Positions 18,264 to 27,605 of a DNA stretch of 64,000 nucleotides are shown here, piece after piece (positions within the stretch are counted from its first letter, which is position 1; every line of letters starts with the position of its first letter). The notes under the pieces were generated by a model, which was given only the letters and a program-made list of their open reading frames with translations, was not told the origin of the DNA and searched no databases. This DNA is from Holophagaceae bacterium. Its GTDB lineage: Bacteria; Acidobacteriota; Holophagae; Holophagales; Holophagaceae. The stretch spans positions 5,159 through 69,158 of the forward strand of contig DATEZP010000060.1 of NCBI GenBank assembly GCA_035255465.1. The letters are read 5' to 3'. The position numbers and the translations under genes are program-made.

Positions 18264-19475
18264 TTACCGTTTATCCGCTAACTTCACCAAGCTGGGCTTC
18301 CTTTCCTTCCGCAGCCGCTCGGACACCTTCTCCGCCGCCGCGAAGGTACGGATCATGTTTCCCCCCGCCAGCTTGGTGAGGTCCGTGTCGCTCCAGCCGC
18401 GGCGGATCAGTTCGGCGAAGAGGTTGGGGTAGGTGCTGGCGTCTTCGAGTCCGATGGGGCCTTGCATGCCGGCGAAGTCGCAGGCGATGCCGACGTGATC
18501 CTTGCCGGCCACCTTGGCCACGTGGTCGATGTGGTCGGCGACGTCCTGGGTGGTGGCGCGGGGCTGGGGGTGGGCGGCGCGGTAGGCGGCTTCGGCTTGC
18601 TTCGCGGCGTCCTCCTTCAAGCCCTTGGTGGTGGCTTCGAAGCCGTCGTACCAGGTTTTGGAGGCCTGGTTCACGAAGGGGGGGATGAAGGTGACCATGA
18701 CGACGCCGCCGTTCTGGGACATGCGGGCGAGGATGGCGTCGGGCACGTTGCGGGGATGATCCACCAGGGCCCGGGCGCAGCTGTGGCTGAAGATCACGGG
18801 GGCTTCGCTGGTGTCCAGCACGTCGCGCATGACCTCGGGGCTCACGTGGCTGATGTCCACCATCATGCCGAGGCGGTTCATCTCGCGGACCACCTCCTTG
18901 CCGAAGGGGGTGAGGCCGCCGTGCTTGCGCTCGCCCAGGGCCGCGTCGGCCCAGTCGAGGGTGACGTTGTGGGTGAGGGTCATATAGCGGGCGCCCAGGT
19001 CGTAGTACATGCGCAGCGCGCCCAGGGAGTTCTCGAGGACGTGGCCGCCCTCCATGCCGAGGAAACTGGCCACTTTGTGGGCCTTCCGAGCCTTGGCGAT
19101 GTCGCTGCTGCGGGTGGCGAACATCAGGGCTTCGGGGTACTTCGCGATCATGCGGCGGGCGATGTCCAGCTGCTCCAGCTGCACCTTGGCGTAGCCCGAG
19201 CCCAGTTCGCCCGGTACGTAGACGCTCCAGAACTGGGCGCTGAGCTTGCCGGCCTTCAGGCGGGCGAGGTCCGTCTCATCGGGGGTTCGCTTTCGCAGGT
19301 CGTAGGCATCGACGTCCATGGGGGCCGTTTTGGATTCGCGGATCTCCCAGGGCAGGTCGTTGTGGCCATCCACCAGGGGCACCCGGGTCAGCAGGGCCCG
19401 GGCATGGGCCAACGCCGGGTCGGGCGTTTGCCCGGAGAGCAGGCAGGGCAGCAGCAGGCAGGGCAGGGCGCGCAT
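18264..19475 (-). CDS. Membrane dipeptidase (peptidase family M19)
   Basis: VDGHNDLPWEIR, FLGMEGGHVLENSL, DISHVSPE, IFSHS and IACDFAG are hallmarks. Signal peptide MRALPCLLLPCLLSG at 19475. Confidence 0.85.
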   Translation of the reverse strand: MRALPCLLLPCLLSGQTPDPALAHARALLTRVPLVDGHNDLPWEIRESKTAPMDVDAYDLRKRTPDETDLARLKAGKLSAQFWSVYVPGELGSGYAKVQLEQLDIARRMIAKYPEALMFATRSSDIAKARKAHKVASFLGMEGGHVLENSLGALRMYYDLGARYMTLTHNVTLDWADAALGERKHGGLTPFGKEVVREMNRLGMMVDISHVSPEVMRDVLDTSEAPVIFSHSCARALVDHPRNVPDAILARMSQNGGVVMVTFIPPFVNQASKTWYDGFEATTKGLKEDAAKQAEAAYRAAHPQPRATTQDVADHIDHVAKVAGKDHVGIACDFAGMQGPIGLEDASTYPNLFAELIRRGWSDTDLTKLAGGNMIRTFAAAEKVSERLRKERKPSLVKLADKR

Positions 19476-19578
19476 GGGTGCTCCGGGCTTGGGATCCCGA
19501 AGTCTACTCGGATTGGCCACCGGGGGCTTCCCGCAGGCGGGCCAAGGCCCCGATGGGCCATGTTGGGAGGTCTGGACT

Positions 19579-19857
19579 TCAGCCCTTGAAGGCCTTCTTG
19601 ATGCCCTTGCCGGCATCCTTGGCCCCTTCGCCAATGCCCTTGCCGGCGGTTTTCGCGCCCTTACCGACGGCTTTGCCGCCCTCTTTGGCGCCCTTGCCGA
19701 CGGCCTTGCCCCCTTCCTTGGCGGTCTTGCCCACGGCCTGGCCGCCCTTCTTGAAGCCCTGGCCGATCTGCTTGCCCGCCGCCTTGAGGTCCTGCTTGAA
19801 ATCCCCCCCAGCCGCCAGGAGGGCGGAGGTCAGGAGGATGGGCAGGAAGCGGTGCAT
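19579..19857 (-). CDS. Small secreted Lys/Gly-rich repeat protein
   Basis: Signal peptide MHRFLPILLTSALLAAGG followed by repeats KEGGKAVGKGAK / KTAGKGIGEGAK. High GC3. The mirror-strand ORF is Pro-rich junk. Confidence 0.45.
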   Translation of the reverse strand: MHRFLPILLTSALLAAGGDFKQDLKAAGKQIGQGFKKGGQAVGKTAKEGGKAVGKGAKEGGKAVGKGAKTAGKGIGEGAKDAGKGIKKAFKG

Positions 19858-19938
19858 GGGGACTCCGGTTCCATTTTAAGCGGGTCTGGCCCCGGGAACA
19901 GGGGAGAAGGGAGGCGCCCGGGATGCGATAGTTGAGGG

Positions 19939-21663
19939 ATGTCCGAAGACCTTCAACCACCTTCTGGGGGCTCCGCCCCGCTTCCCGGTGAACGGGCCGG
20001 AGCCTGGGTCCGCGAGCATGCGGCCCTGGTGCTTTTCGCGGTGCTCCTGTTGATCGTGCTCCCGATGCGGGATCTTTGGGCTCCGGATGAGCCGGACTTC
20101 GCCCAGTGCGTGAAGGAGATGCAGCTCCGCGGCACCTGGCTGATGCCCTGGCTGAACGGCCTGCCCTACGACGAGAAGCCGATCCTCTACTACTGGGTGA
20201 TGAAGGGCTCCAACGGGGCCATGAATTTCCTCACGGGAGGGCTCGGGTTTTCCCACGGCCTGGCTGCCTGGGCCCTGCGCCTGCCCTCGGTGGTGGCCAG
20301 CCTGGCCTTCCTGCACGCCTACCAGAAGTGGGCCAAGCGGTTCCTGCAGGCCGGCGTGGCTCGGCTGGCCCTGATGATCCTGGCCACCAGCCCCCTCTGG
20401 TTCTGGCAGAGCCAGTTCATCCAAATCGATCTGCTGTTCAGCGTGTTGCTGGCCTGGGCCTGGTTCTGCTGGCTGGGTGGGTACCTGGTGGAACAGGGCC
20501 TCCAGTCCGAGCTGCGCGCGGGCGAGGCCGGCCGCTGGTTCCACAAGGCCTACTTCTGGCTGGCCCTCGCCTTCCTGGCGAAGGGGCCGCTGGCGGGGGT
20601 CCTCAGCGTGCTCGTCCTCGGCGCCTTCCTGCTCTGGCAGCGGGATGCGCGGATCCTCCTCCGGATGCGGCTGGGCACGGGCGTGCTGCTCTTCCTGGCG
20701 GTGGTGCTGCCCTGGTACGTAGCGGCGGGGATCCAGGGGGGCGGCCACTACGTTTACCAGCTGCTGATCCATCAGAACTTCGAGCGGGCCACCAAGGCCT
20801 GGGATCACATCCAGCCCTGGTGGCGTTACCTGGAGTACCTGCTGGGGGACTTCTTCCCCTGGGTGCTGCTGGTGCCGGCCCTGGGCTTCTTCCTGCGTGG
20901 CAGCGGGGCCACCCGCAATGTCACCGCGCGCTTCCTCATGGTGGCCTTTGCGGTGCCCTTCCTCTTCCTCTCCTGGGTGCAGAGCAAGCAGGGCAAGTAC
21001 CTGTTGCCATCCTATCCGTTCCTGGCCTTGCTCATGGCGAGCATGCTCCAACCGCTCAGCGTGGAAGGCGTGAGCCCCGCGAGGATCCGCCGACTGGGCG
21101 GCGTGTTGGCCGTGGGCGTGGGTCTGCTTGGCCTGGTGCTGCTGACGGTGGCCTTCGGCGCGGGCGGCGCTGGAGTGCAGGCCCAGGTGGCGCCCTACCG
21201 GGCCCTGGCGGGGACGCTGGGCGCCATCGCCACGCTCGGGGGCCTTTCCCTGACGGGAAGAGCCCTATCGGGTGGTGGCCAGCATCTGGTGCGTGAGACG
21301 GCGTTGACCCTGGGGCTGATCTTTCTCGTGGGGGGCACGTGGGGGTTCCGGAAGCTGGATCCCCAGAAGAACTTCTTCGAGTGGTCCCGCCAGGTCCAGC
21401 CCCTGATCCAGGGCCGGAAGGTCGTCTACTGGCAGACCATCCGCAGTGGCGCGATGGTCTACACCGACTCGCTGATGCCGGAAGTGCGGACGGCCGCCGA
21501 ACTGGATCAGTTGGGCCCGGAGGATCGCCTCGTCTCCATGCGGCGGGAATGGGATCAGGACATGGGCGGCCTCACTCCGGAGCTCCGAGCCACCTTCGAG
21601 GTGCTCCTGAGCCGGCCCACCGGGGGCGGGGAACTGCTCCTGCTCCAGCGGAAGGCCCGATGA
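19939..21663 (+). CDS. GT-C fold glycosyltransferase, ArnT/PMT (GT39/GT83)-like
   Basis: Polytopic membrane protein with WAPDEPDFAQCVKEM and LPYDEKPILYYW motifs typical of ArnT/PMT. Confidence 0.8.
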   Translation: MSEDLQPPSGGSAPLPGERAGAWVREHAALVLFAVLLLIVLPMRDLWAPDEPDFAQCVKEMQLRGTWLMPWLNGLPYDEKPILYYWVMKGSNGAMNFLTGGLGFSHGLAAWALRLPSVVASLAFLHAYQKWAKRFLQAGVARLALMILATSPLWFWQSQFIQIDLLFSVLLAWAWFCWLGGYLVEQGLQSELRAGEAGRWFHKAYFWLALAFLAKGPLAGVLSVLVLGAFLLWQRDARILLRMRLGTGVLLFLAVVLPWYVAAGIQGGGHYVYQLLIHQNFERATKAWDHIQPWWRYLEYLLGDFFPWVLLVPALGFFLRGSGATRNVTARFLMVAFAVPFLFLSWVQSKQGKYLLPSYPFLALLMASMLQPLSVEGVSPARIRRLGGVLAVGVGLLGLVLLTVAFGAGGAGVQAQVAPYRALAGTLGAIATLGGLSLTGRALSGGGQHLVRETALTLGLIFLVGGTWGFRKLDPQKNFFEWSRQVQPLIQGRKVVYWQTIRSGAMVYTDSLMPEVRTAAELDQLGPEDRLVSMRREWDQDMGGLTPELRATFEVLLSRPTGGGELLLLQRKAR

Positions 21664-22664
21664 TTCCGCAGGGCGCCCACTGGGTTCGCGTGCCGCGCTT
21701 CTTTGGCGACGCCATGATGATCCATGCGGCGCTGGCCCCTTTGCGAGCCACCGGCGCGCCCATCGTGGTGTGGGGCCCGGATTGGGTCGTGGATCTGTTC
21801 GATGGGGCCGAAGGCTATGCGGCCGTGGTGCCCGAGACGGCTCGGAAGTACAGCACCCAGGAAGCCGCGGCCCTGCTGAGGGCCCATCGGCCTGCCTCCC
21901 TCATCGCCTTCCCCCGCAGCGCTCGCCCCATCATCGCGGGCTTCCTGGCGCGGGTGCCCCTTCGGCTCGGTTGCGGGGATCTGGGCGTGCGCTTGATGTC
22001 CACCCATGCGACGCCGTTCGAGGGCCAGCCCGGGAGCTTCACAGAGCGCTACGCGGCGGTGCTCCGCATGGCCTTCCCAGATCTTCCCGCGGCGCCCTTC
22101 GTGCCCTTCCGACCCCGGGCCTCGGCGCGGGCGGCGGTGGCTGCCGCCCGTGCGGACCACGATCTGGGCGAGTACGTGGCCTTGATCCCGGGGGGCAATC
22201 ACCACCTGAAGCGGGTCGCGCCCGAAGTGCTCAGCGCCCTGGCGATCTGGGCCCGGGAGCGGAAGCTCGGCGTGGTGCTGTTGGGGGGCGGAGCCCACGA
22301 TCAGGCCATGGCGGCGAAGATCCGGGCCCGGGTGCCCGAGGTTCTCGATCTCACGTCGCCCCGTTCCCTCGCGGAATCGGCCGCCTGGGCCGGCGGCGCC
22401 AAGCTCGCCATGGGGCCCGACAGCGGCCTCAGCTTCCTCGCCGCCGCCGCTGGCGTGCCCACCTTGGTGGCGTTCGGCCCCACGCGCCCCGAGTGGAGCA
22501 CGCCCCCCGGGCCCCACGTGAGCGTGATCCGCCAGGAATCGCTGCCCTGCCTGGGGTGCTTCCTGGATGCCTGCCCCTTCGCCCCTCGGGTTCCCTGCAT
22601 GGAGGATCTCCCCGTGCCCGCCCTCATCCAGCGTCTCGAAGCCATGCTCGCGGAGCACCCATGA
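21660..22664 (+). CDS. Glycosyltransferase family 9 (LPS heptosyltransferase-like)
   Basis: ALIPGGNHHLKRVAPE...GGGAHD...AMGPDSGLSFLAAAAGVPTLVAFGPT. ATG 21660 overlaps the upstream stop. Confidence 0.8.
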   Translation: MIPQGAHWVRVPRFFGDAMMIHAALAPLRATGAPIVVWGPDWVVDLFDGAEGYAAVVPETARKYSTQEAAALLRAHRPASLIAFPRSARPIIAGFLARVPLRLGCGDLGVRLMSTHATPFEGQPGSFTERYAAVLRMAFPDLPAAPFVPFRPRASARAAVAAARADHDLGEYVALIPGGNHHLKRVAPEVLSALAIWARERKLGVVLLGGGAHDQAMAAKIRARVPEVLDLTSPRSLAESAAWAGGAKLAMGPDSGLSFLAAAAGVPTLVAFGPTRPEWSTPPGPHVSVIRQESLPCLGCFLDACPFAPRVPCMEDLPVPALIQRLEAMLAEHP

Positions 22665-23023
22665 CCCCTCAGATCAAAGCCATCCCCCTCATCATCGTCG
22701 GCGTGCTGCTCAACGCCTTCGCGCAGATCTGCCTGAAGAAGGGGCTCGTGCATGGCATGAGCTGGGACCCCGCGGCCATCGTGAAGCTCGTCTTCACCCC
22801 ATGGATCCTCGCCGGCCTCGGATGCTACGCCGTGAGCGTGCTCGTGTGGATGAAGGCGCTCTCCCTGGTGGACGCCAGTTACGCCTACCCCTTCCTCGCC
22901 TTGGGTTTCCTCGCCAACGCATTGCTGGCTCGCAGCTTCCTGGGCGAAGCCATCCCGCCCCTGCGCTGGGCGGCCCTCGCCATCATCGTGTGTGGGGTGG
23001 CGCTGCAGGCTTGGGCGAAGTAG
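22661..23023 (+). CDS. EamA/SMR-like 4-TM transporter (ArnE/ArnF-like flippase subunit)
   Basis: 120 aa, 4 TM; LNAFAQICLKKGL...WMKALSLVDASYAYPF. ATG overlaps the GT9 stop. Confidence 0.7.
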   Translation: MTPQIKAIPLIIVGVLLNAFAQICLKKGLVHGMSWDPAAIVKLVFTPWILAGLGCYAVSVLVWMKALSLVDASYAYPFLALGFLANALLARSFLGEAIPPLRWAALAIIVCGVALQAWAK

Positions 23024-23069
23024 TTGGCTTTCGAAGGGGTGGATCGCTGAGACCCTTTCTGAGGACTCG

Positions 23070-23396
23070 ATGACGTTGAAATGGGATTTTCGCTCAGTCG
23101 TTTCTGCCCTGGCGGGCTACGCCCTCTTCACCGCTTCCGCGGTCCTCTTCCTTAACACCTTCCACCACCCTCCCCACCAAACCGCACCCATTGGATTCAT
23201 GGCCCCAGCCACCGGTGTTGGAATGCTCGGCGCTTTCAGGGGTGGGTACCTTGCCGGGGGCTTGGCCGGAAGGCGCCCGATGGCGCATGGCGTGGGGGGC
23301 GCGATGATCCTGTTGCACGGAGCTTCCGCTTCCTTGATGGCCCCTTCCGCCTTCCTGGGTGGGTGGGTCAGGCATCGGCAAGGCGCGTCGGCCTGA
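23070..23396 (+). CDS. Hypothetical small membrane protein (first gene of the lower-GC island)
   Basis: MTLKWDFRSVVSALAGYALFTASAVLFL. Codon usage shifts to A/T-ending codons. Confidence 0.35.
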   Translation: MTLKWDFRSVVSALAGYALFTASAVLFLNTFHHPPHQTAPIGFMAPATGVGMLGAFRGGYLAGGLAGRRPMAHGVGGAMILLHGASASLMAPSAFLGGWVRHRQGASA

Positions 23397-23462
23397 TGGA
23401 TCAACGCCAACAAACACCGCCGCGAAGCGCCCGGACTGCGGATCTCACGAGTAGGGCGTTTC

Positions 23463-23822
23463 ATGTGCCTGTGTTCAGCGTCTGCTGACCTACGCTACTG
23501 CGAGGATACGGATGAGGCTTTCAGAAGGCCGCTTCTGAGGGTTGAATCGGGGCCCTGGGTTGACCTGTGGCAATGTTCGGATTGCGGCCAGCTCTGGCGA
23601 ATCGATGTATGGGAAAAGCATCAGACGCAGTTCGCGGCCAAGATCCGAAGTCGGGAGGGTTGGATTCAACTTGATACGGCTCCCCTTCAAAAGCGGTTGC
23701 TTCTCCAATCGCGCGGCGGACTGGCCGGTCAAGGCTGTTCCTGGGCACAATGCAATCAACCATCCATAAAAGGCACCGTTCTCTGCGTTGATCACTTGTA
23801 TTCAATGGGTCATCGCAGGTGA
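23463..23822 (+). CDS. Hypothetical Cys-rich (zinc-ribbon-like) protein
   Basis: CSDCGQLW...CSWAQCNQ...LCVDH; about 55% GC. Confidence 0.4.
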   Translation: MCLCSASADLRYCEDTDEAFRRPLLRVESGPWVDLWQCSDCGQLWRIDVWEKHQTQFAAKIRSREGWIQLDTAPLQKRLLLQSRGGLAGQGCSWAQCNQPSIKGTVLCVDHLYSMGHRR

Positions 23823-23922
23823 ACCTTGAACCAGTCCTAGAAGAGGTGCCATGGCTCCGCGGATCCCCCATCAGCTTCTACACTCGGACCAATCTTCCAT
23901 TCCAATCATTCAGAGGTTCACG

Positions 23923-24441
23923 GTGAAACGGTTTCTCCCCGCCACGCTCGTCATTGCCTTTTTGGCCTGCACGGAAGGGCCCATCTACCAGGCGCCGCCT
24001 CGGGTAAGTGGCTCATATGCCCGCCTGATCATCTTCCGGGAACCGGGGTTCGGCGGGGCCGCTTGGCCCCACAACTACTACGTGGACAAGCACCTGGTGG
24101 CGTCGCTTCGAGTCAACAACTACACCTTCCTTGCGGTGAAGGAAGGAACGCATGAAGTTCACTACGGGGGCACGGCCGAATTCCGTGGGCAGCTCTTGAA
24201 GATCGATATGAAGGCGGGCGAAACCTACTATTTCAAAGAGGGGCGCACGCCAGGAACCGGTAAACCGGAGTTTGCGGGGCAAGGCGTCAGCAGCACCGGC
24301 AAGATGAGCAGCACTACGGGGCAAGGGGCCATCGTTACGGTGACCTGGACCGATTCCGTTCAATTCATGGGTAAGGAACAAGCCGAGGCCGAATTGAAGG
24401 CCTACCAGTACAAGGAAGCGATCCTATCCCAGGTCGATTAG
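23923..24441 (+). CDS. Hypothetical lipoprotein
   Basis: GTG start with AGAGG RBS; VKRFLPATLVIAFLACTEG lipobox. Confidence 0.5.
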   Translation: MKRFLPATLVIAFLACTEGPIYQAPPRVSGSYARLIIFREPGFGGAAWPHNYYVDKHLVASLRVNNYTFLAVKEGTHEVHYGGTAEFRGQLLKIDMKAGETYYFKEGRTPGTGKPEFAGQGVSSTGKMSSTTGQGAIVTVTWTDSVQFMGKEQAEAELKAYQYKEAILSQVD

Positions 24442-24445
24442 GGGC

Positions 24446-25021
24446 GTGAGGCCTTGCGGGGTCATCCGATCCTTCAAGGCTGACCCGCACGCCGGCGACG
24501 CGGCCCGTGTTGATGGATCCAAATCGAGTGGTGGCGTTTCATCCGCAATTCCCAAGGCAGCCTGGAGCAACCCTTTGACCCTCAATGACCCCATCCATCG
24601 GTTCCTGGAAGCGATGGTTCAGCTACAGAGCGACCTCTCGGATTTCCACCAGGTCATCCGCGCCAAGGCCGAAGTGGTGGATTCGACCTTGTACAAATTC
24701 ACCCCTCGGGCTCAAGCGGGTGACGCTTTTGCGAGCGGCGAGGCTGGGCAATGGCTTGGCGATGAATTCGGGCTCTCGGCGGAACTGGAGAGCGGAACGC
24801 TCATCGATTGGTGGATCGAGGTCTGGTCCTCCGCTGCAGGGTGGTCCGTCTCTGCCAAGGTTTACGTGCGGGGGCCCGAAGATGAGGAACGTGAGGTTGG
24901 GGTGAAGGTTCTCGATCTTCGCACCGACTCTTCCTCGGAGGCGCTTACAGCACTGAAGTCACTGGCAGCGGACCTCATCGCTGCCAATGTCCCAGGCCTT
25001 GGGGATTCCGGGAACCCCTAG
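24446..25021 (+). CDS. Hypothetical protein
   Basis: ORF with acidic C-terminus; no family recognised; start uncertain. Confidence 0.4.
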   Translation: MRPCGVIRSFKADPHAGDAARVDGSKSSGGVSSAIPKAAWSNPLTLNDPIHRFLEAMVQLQSDLSDFHQVIRAKAEVVDSTLYKFTPRAQAGDAFASGEAGQWLGDEFGLSAELESGTLIDWWIEVWSSAAGWSVSAKVYVRGPEDEEREVGVKVLDLRTDSSSEALTALKSLAADLIAANVPGLGDSGNP

Positions 25022-25085
25022 CCCCACCATGCCGGCCACCGGTCCGGCGCACCGACCTTGATCATCCAATTTCGCCAGGATTCCC

Positions 25086-25313
25086 ATGAGCCATGAAGAA
25101 CAGATTCTCGCGACCCTCCACAAGCTCCTTGAAGCCCAGCAGGAAACGATCGCCCTCCACCGGCAGACGATCGAGAACCAGCAAAGGGCGATCGCGAGCG
25201 CCCAAGCTTCCATCTCCAATCAAATGAGCACCAGCCGGATCTACCGGGCTTCGCTCGCCGTGGCCGCCCTGGCGTTGGGCTATTTCCTGTACAAGGTGTC
25301 GGGTACGAAGTGA
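25086..25313 (+). CDS. Small coiled-coil protein with C-terminal TM anchor
   Basis: MSHEEQILATLHKLLEAQQETIALHRQTIENQQRAIASAQ...LAVAALALGYFLYKV. Confidence 0.4.
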   Translation: MSHEEQILATLHKLLEAQQETIALHRQTIENQQRAIASAQASISNQMSTSRIYRASLAVAALALGYFLYKVSGTK

Positions 25314-25387
25314 GGGCTTCCAGGCCTTCCTTTACCTGGTCGCCACGGTGTTCGTGCAGGTTGCCCGAAGGACCCGACTCCGCGCCT

Positions 25388-26506
25388 TCAGCCGGCGTCC
25401 ACCAGCGCGTCGATGAGGTGGCGGATCTTGTTCCGCAGGGTGCTCGTCTTCTGCTGCGCAGCCAATTCGAGGGCGTGGTTGAGGGCGTCGATGGCGGCGT
25501 CCTTCCGCTCTCCCTGGCTCTGGATTTCGCCCACGAAGATGTGGAGGGTGGGGTGCTCGAAGCCCTCCGCGGCCCTCAACAGGGTTTGGCAAACTTCCGT
25601 GGAGGAACCCTTGGCCGCGAGGGCCTCGGCGATGGGGCGGTAGAGGTTCAGGGCGGTCGGAAGGTGGCGTTCCTGGATGAGGGGGCGGAGGGCCCGCTCG
25701 CAGAGGGGCAGCACCCGGCTGTGGATCTGCCGCAACTGCCCCAGCACTTCGAGGCACTGCCGCGCATGGCCCGCTTCCATTTGGGCTCCGGCCAGGGCCT
25801 CTTGCAGGATGGCGTTGGCGGGGAAGGCCTTGAGGGCCTCCTTGAGGACGTGGACGGCCCTGGGCTGTTGGCCCATGTGGTGGAAGAGCTTGGCCTGAAG
25901 GAGGTAGAGCTTGGCGCTCTTCACGAGGTCCGCGGCGATCTGGAGGGCCTCCTGGGCCTCCTCCTGCCGGCCTGCGGTCATCAGCTCCTCGGCGGCCTCG
26001 GCGTAGAGGCCGGCGGCGCGCTCCTTCTGGCCCGTGGCCACGTAGGCCTGGGCGAGGCGGAACCGGAGGTTGGCGTCGAAGGGATCGGCACTGGCGGCGC
26101 GGATGAGGGCGGCCAGCGCGTCCTCGGCCTTGCCCAGCTTCTCGAAGGTGCGGGCGAGATCGATCTGGAGCTTGGCGGCTTCCTTGTTGAGGCCCGAGGC
26201 CATGAGCAGTTCGCTGAGTTGCCCCACCGCTTCCGGATCTTCGGGCGCGAGCCGGAGGGCCTTCCGCAGGAGGGCGATGGCCTTCTTGTCGTGGCCATCC
26301 CGCTGCAGGTTGAGGGCCAGCACTTTGAAGATGGACAGGGCTTCCTTGTTGGCGCCGGCCTGCACCAGCAGGTCCCCGAGGCGGTTCATGATGCCCTGGT
26401 CTTCCGGGAAGGCCCGGCGGAGCTTTTGATATTCCACCAACGCCTGCGGGAGCTGGCCTTTGGCCACCAATTCATCCGCAAGTTGTTGGAGTTTCAACCG
26501 ATCCAT
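25388..26506 (-). CDS. TPR-repeat protein
   Basis: Multiple 34-aa TPR-like repeats (AxxLxxAxxxxP...). Confidence 0.75.
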   Translation of the reverse strand: MDRLKLQQLADELVAKGQLPQALVEYQKLRRAFPEDQGIMNRLGDLLVQAGANKEALSIFKVLALNLQRDGHDKKAIALLRKALRLAPEDPEAVGQLSELLMASGLNKEAAKLQIDLARTFEKLGKAEDALAALIRAASADPFDANLRFRLAQAYVATGQKERAAGLYAEAAEELMTAGRQEEAQEALQIAADLVKSAKLYLLQAKLFHHMGQQPRAVHVLKEALKAFPANAILQEALAGAQMEAGHARQCLEVLGQLRQIHSRVLPLCERALRPLIQERHLPTALNLYRPIAEALAAKGSSTEVCQTLLRAAEGFEHPTLHIFVGEIQSQGERKDAAIDALNHALELAAQQKTSTLRNKIRHLIDALVDAG

Positions 26507-26566
26507 GGATCCATCATAACGAGAGGGCCGTTGCGAGCGGCGGGCGATTCCGCTTCTCTGCTTCGG

Positions 26567-27571
26567 TCACCCCAGCAGCGTAGCCAAGTTTCCGGCCTGT
26601 AGCTGCTGACAGGTGAGCACCGCCCGATCCAGGACGAGGCTGGTGACGCAGGCGACGGGGGTCACGTCGAAGGAAGGATTCCAGGCCGGCACTTCCGGGG
26701 CCCAGAGGTGCCCCTGGGCGCCGCGCACCTCCTCCTGGGAGCGCTCCTCGATGGGGATGGCCGCGCCCGTGGGGCAGGCCAGGTCCACGGTGCTGAACGG
26801 GGCCACGGGGTGGAAGGCGGCGCCGTGGTGGCGGGCCTGCACGGCCAATCCGTAGGTGCCCACCTTGTTGGCGAAATCCCCGTTGGCCGCGACGCGATCA
26901 GCGCCCACGAGCACCCGCTGGGCCCGGCCATCCCGCAGGATGAGGGCCGCCATGCTGTCGGTGATGAGCGTGCAGGGGACGCCCAGGCGTTGCAGCTCCC
27001 AGGTGGTGAGCCGACCGCCTTGCAGCAGGGGCCGGGTCTCATCCACGAAGACGTGGATGCGCTTGCCCTGCTCGTGGGCCCGGCGGATCACCCCGAGGGC
27101 GGTGCCGATGCCCACGGTGGCGAGGCCGCCGGTGTTGCAGTGGGTGACGAGCCCTTCACCCTCCTGGATGAGGGCCGCGCCCTGTTCCGCCATGCCTTCG
27201 CAGAGGCGGACGTCCTCATCGAAAATGGCCTGGGCTTCGGTGATGAGGGCTTCGGGGGTGCCCAGCAGGGGCCTCAGGCGATCCATGGCCCACATGAGGT
27301 TCACGGCCGTGGGGCGGGCGCCCCGGAGGGCCCCCCAGGCGGCTTCGAGCTCGGCCCGCGTCGCGCCGGACATGGCGAAACAGGCCAGGCTGCAGGCCGC
27401 GGCCACGCCGATGAGCGGCGCGCCCCGCACGGAGAGCCGCTGGATGTGGCCCACCATGGCCGCGGGATCACCGCCCTCCAGCCACGCTTCGCGGTGGGGC
27501 AGGGCGGTCTGATCCAGCACGAGGAGGCGCCGGCCGTCATAACGCAGGGCGAGGGATTCGAAGATGCGCAT
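26567..27571 (-). CDS. mtnA: S-methyl-5-thioribose-1-phosphate isomerase
   Basis: eIF-2B/MtnA family: TGGLATVGIGTALGVIR, VGADRVAANGDFANKVGTYGLAV. Confidence 0.85.
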   Translation of the reverse strand: MRIFESLALRYDGRRLLVLDQTALPHREAWLEGGDPAAMVGHIQRLSVRGAPLIGVAAACSLACFAMSGATRAELEAAWGALRGARPTAVNLMWAMDRLRPLLGTPEALITEAQAIFDEDVRLCEGMAEQGAALIQEGEGLVTHCNTGGLATVGIGTALGVIRRAHEQGKRIHVFVDETRPLLQGGRLTTWELQRLGVPCTLITDSMAALILRDGRAQRVLVGADRVAANGDFANKVGTYGLAVQARHHGAAFHPVAPFSTVDLACPTGAAIPIEERSQEEVRGAQGHLWAPEVPAWNPSFDVTPVACVTSLVLDRAVLTCQQLQAGNLATLLG

Positions 27572-27605
27572 GGCTCTAGGCTACCGGCACGGCTACCGTG
27601 AGGGG

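Noticed and set aside
19876-21051. 391-aa minus-strand ORF and the overlapping 20106..21296 plus-strand ORF
   Set aside because: Out of frame with, or antisense to, the ArnT-like membrane protein. P/G/R/E-rich.
21770-22660. Upstream 297 codons of track ORF 21770..23023
   Set aside because: Only the last 120 codons (EamA-like 4-TM protein with coupled ATG) are credible. The rest is out-of-frame overlap with the GT9 gene.
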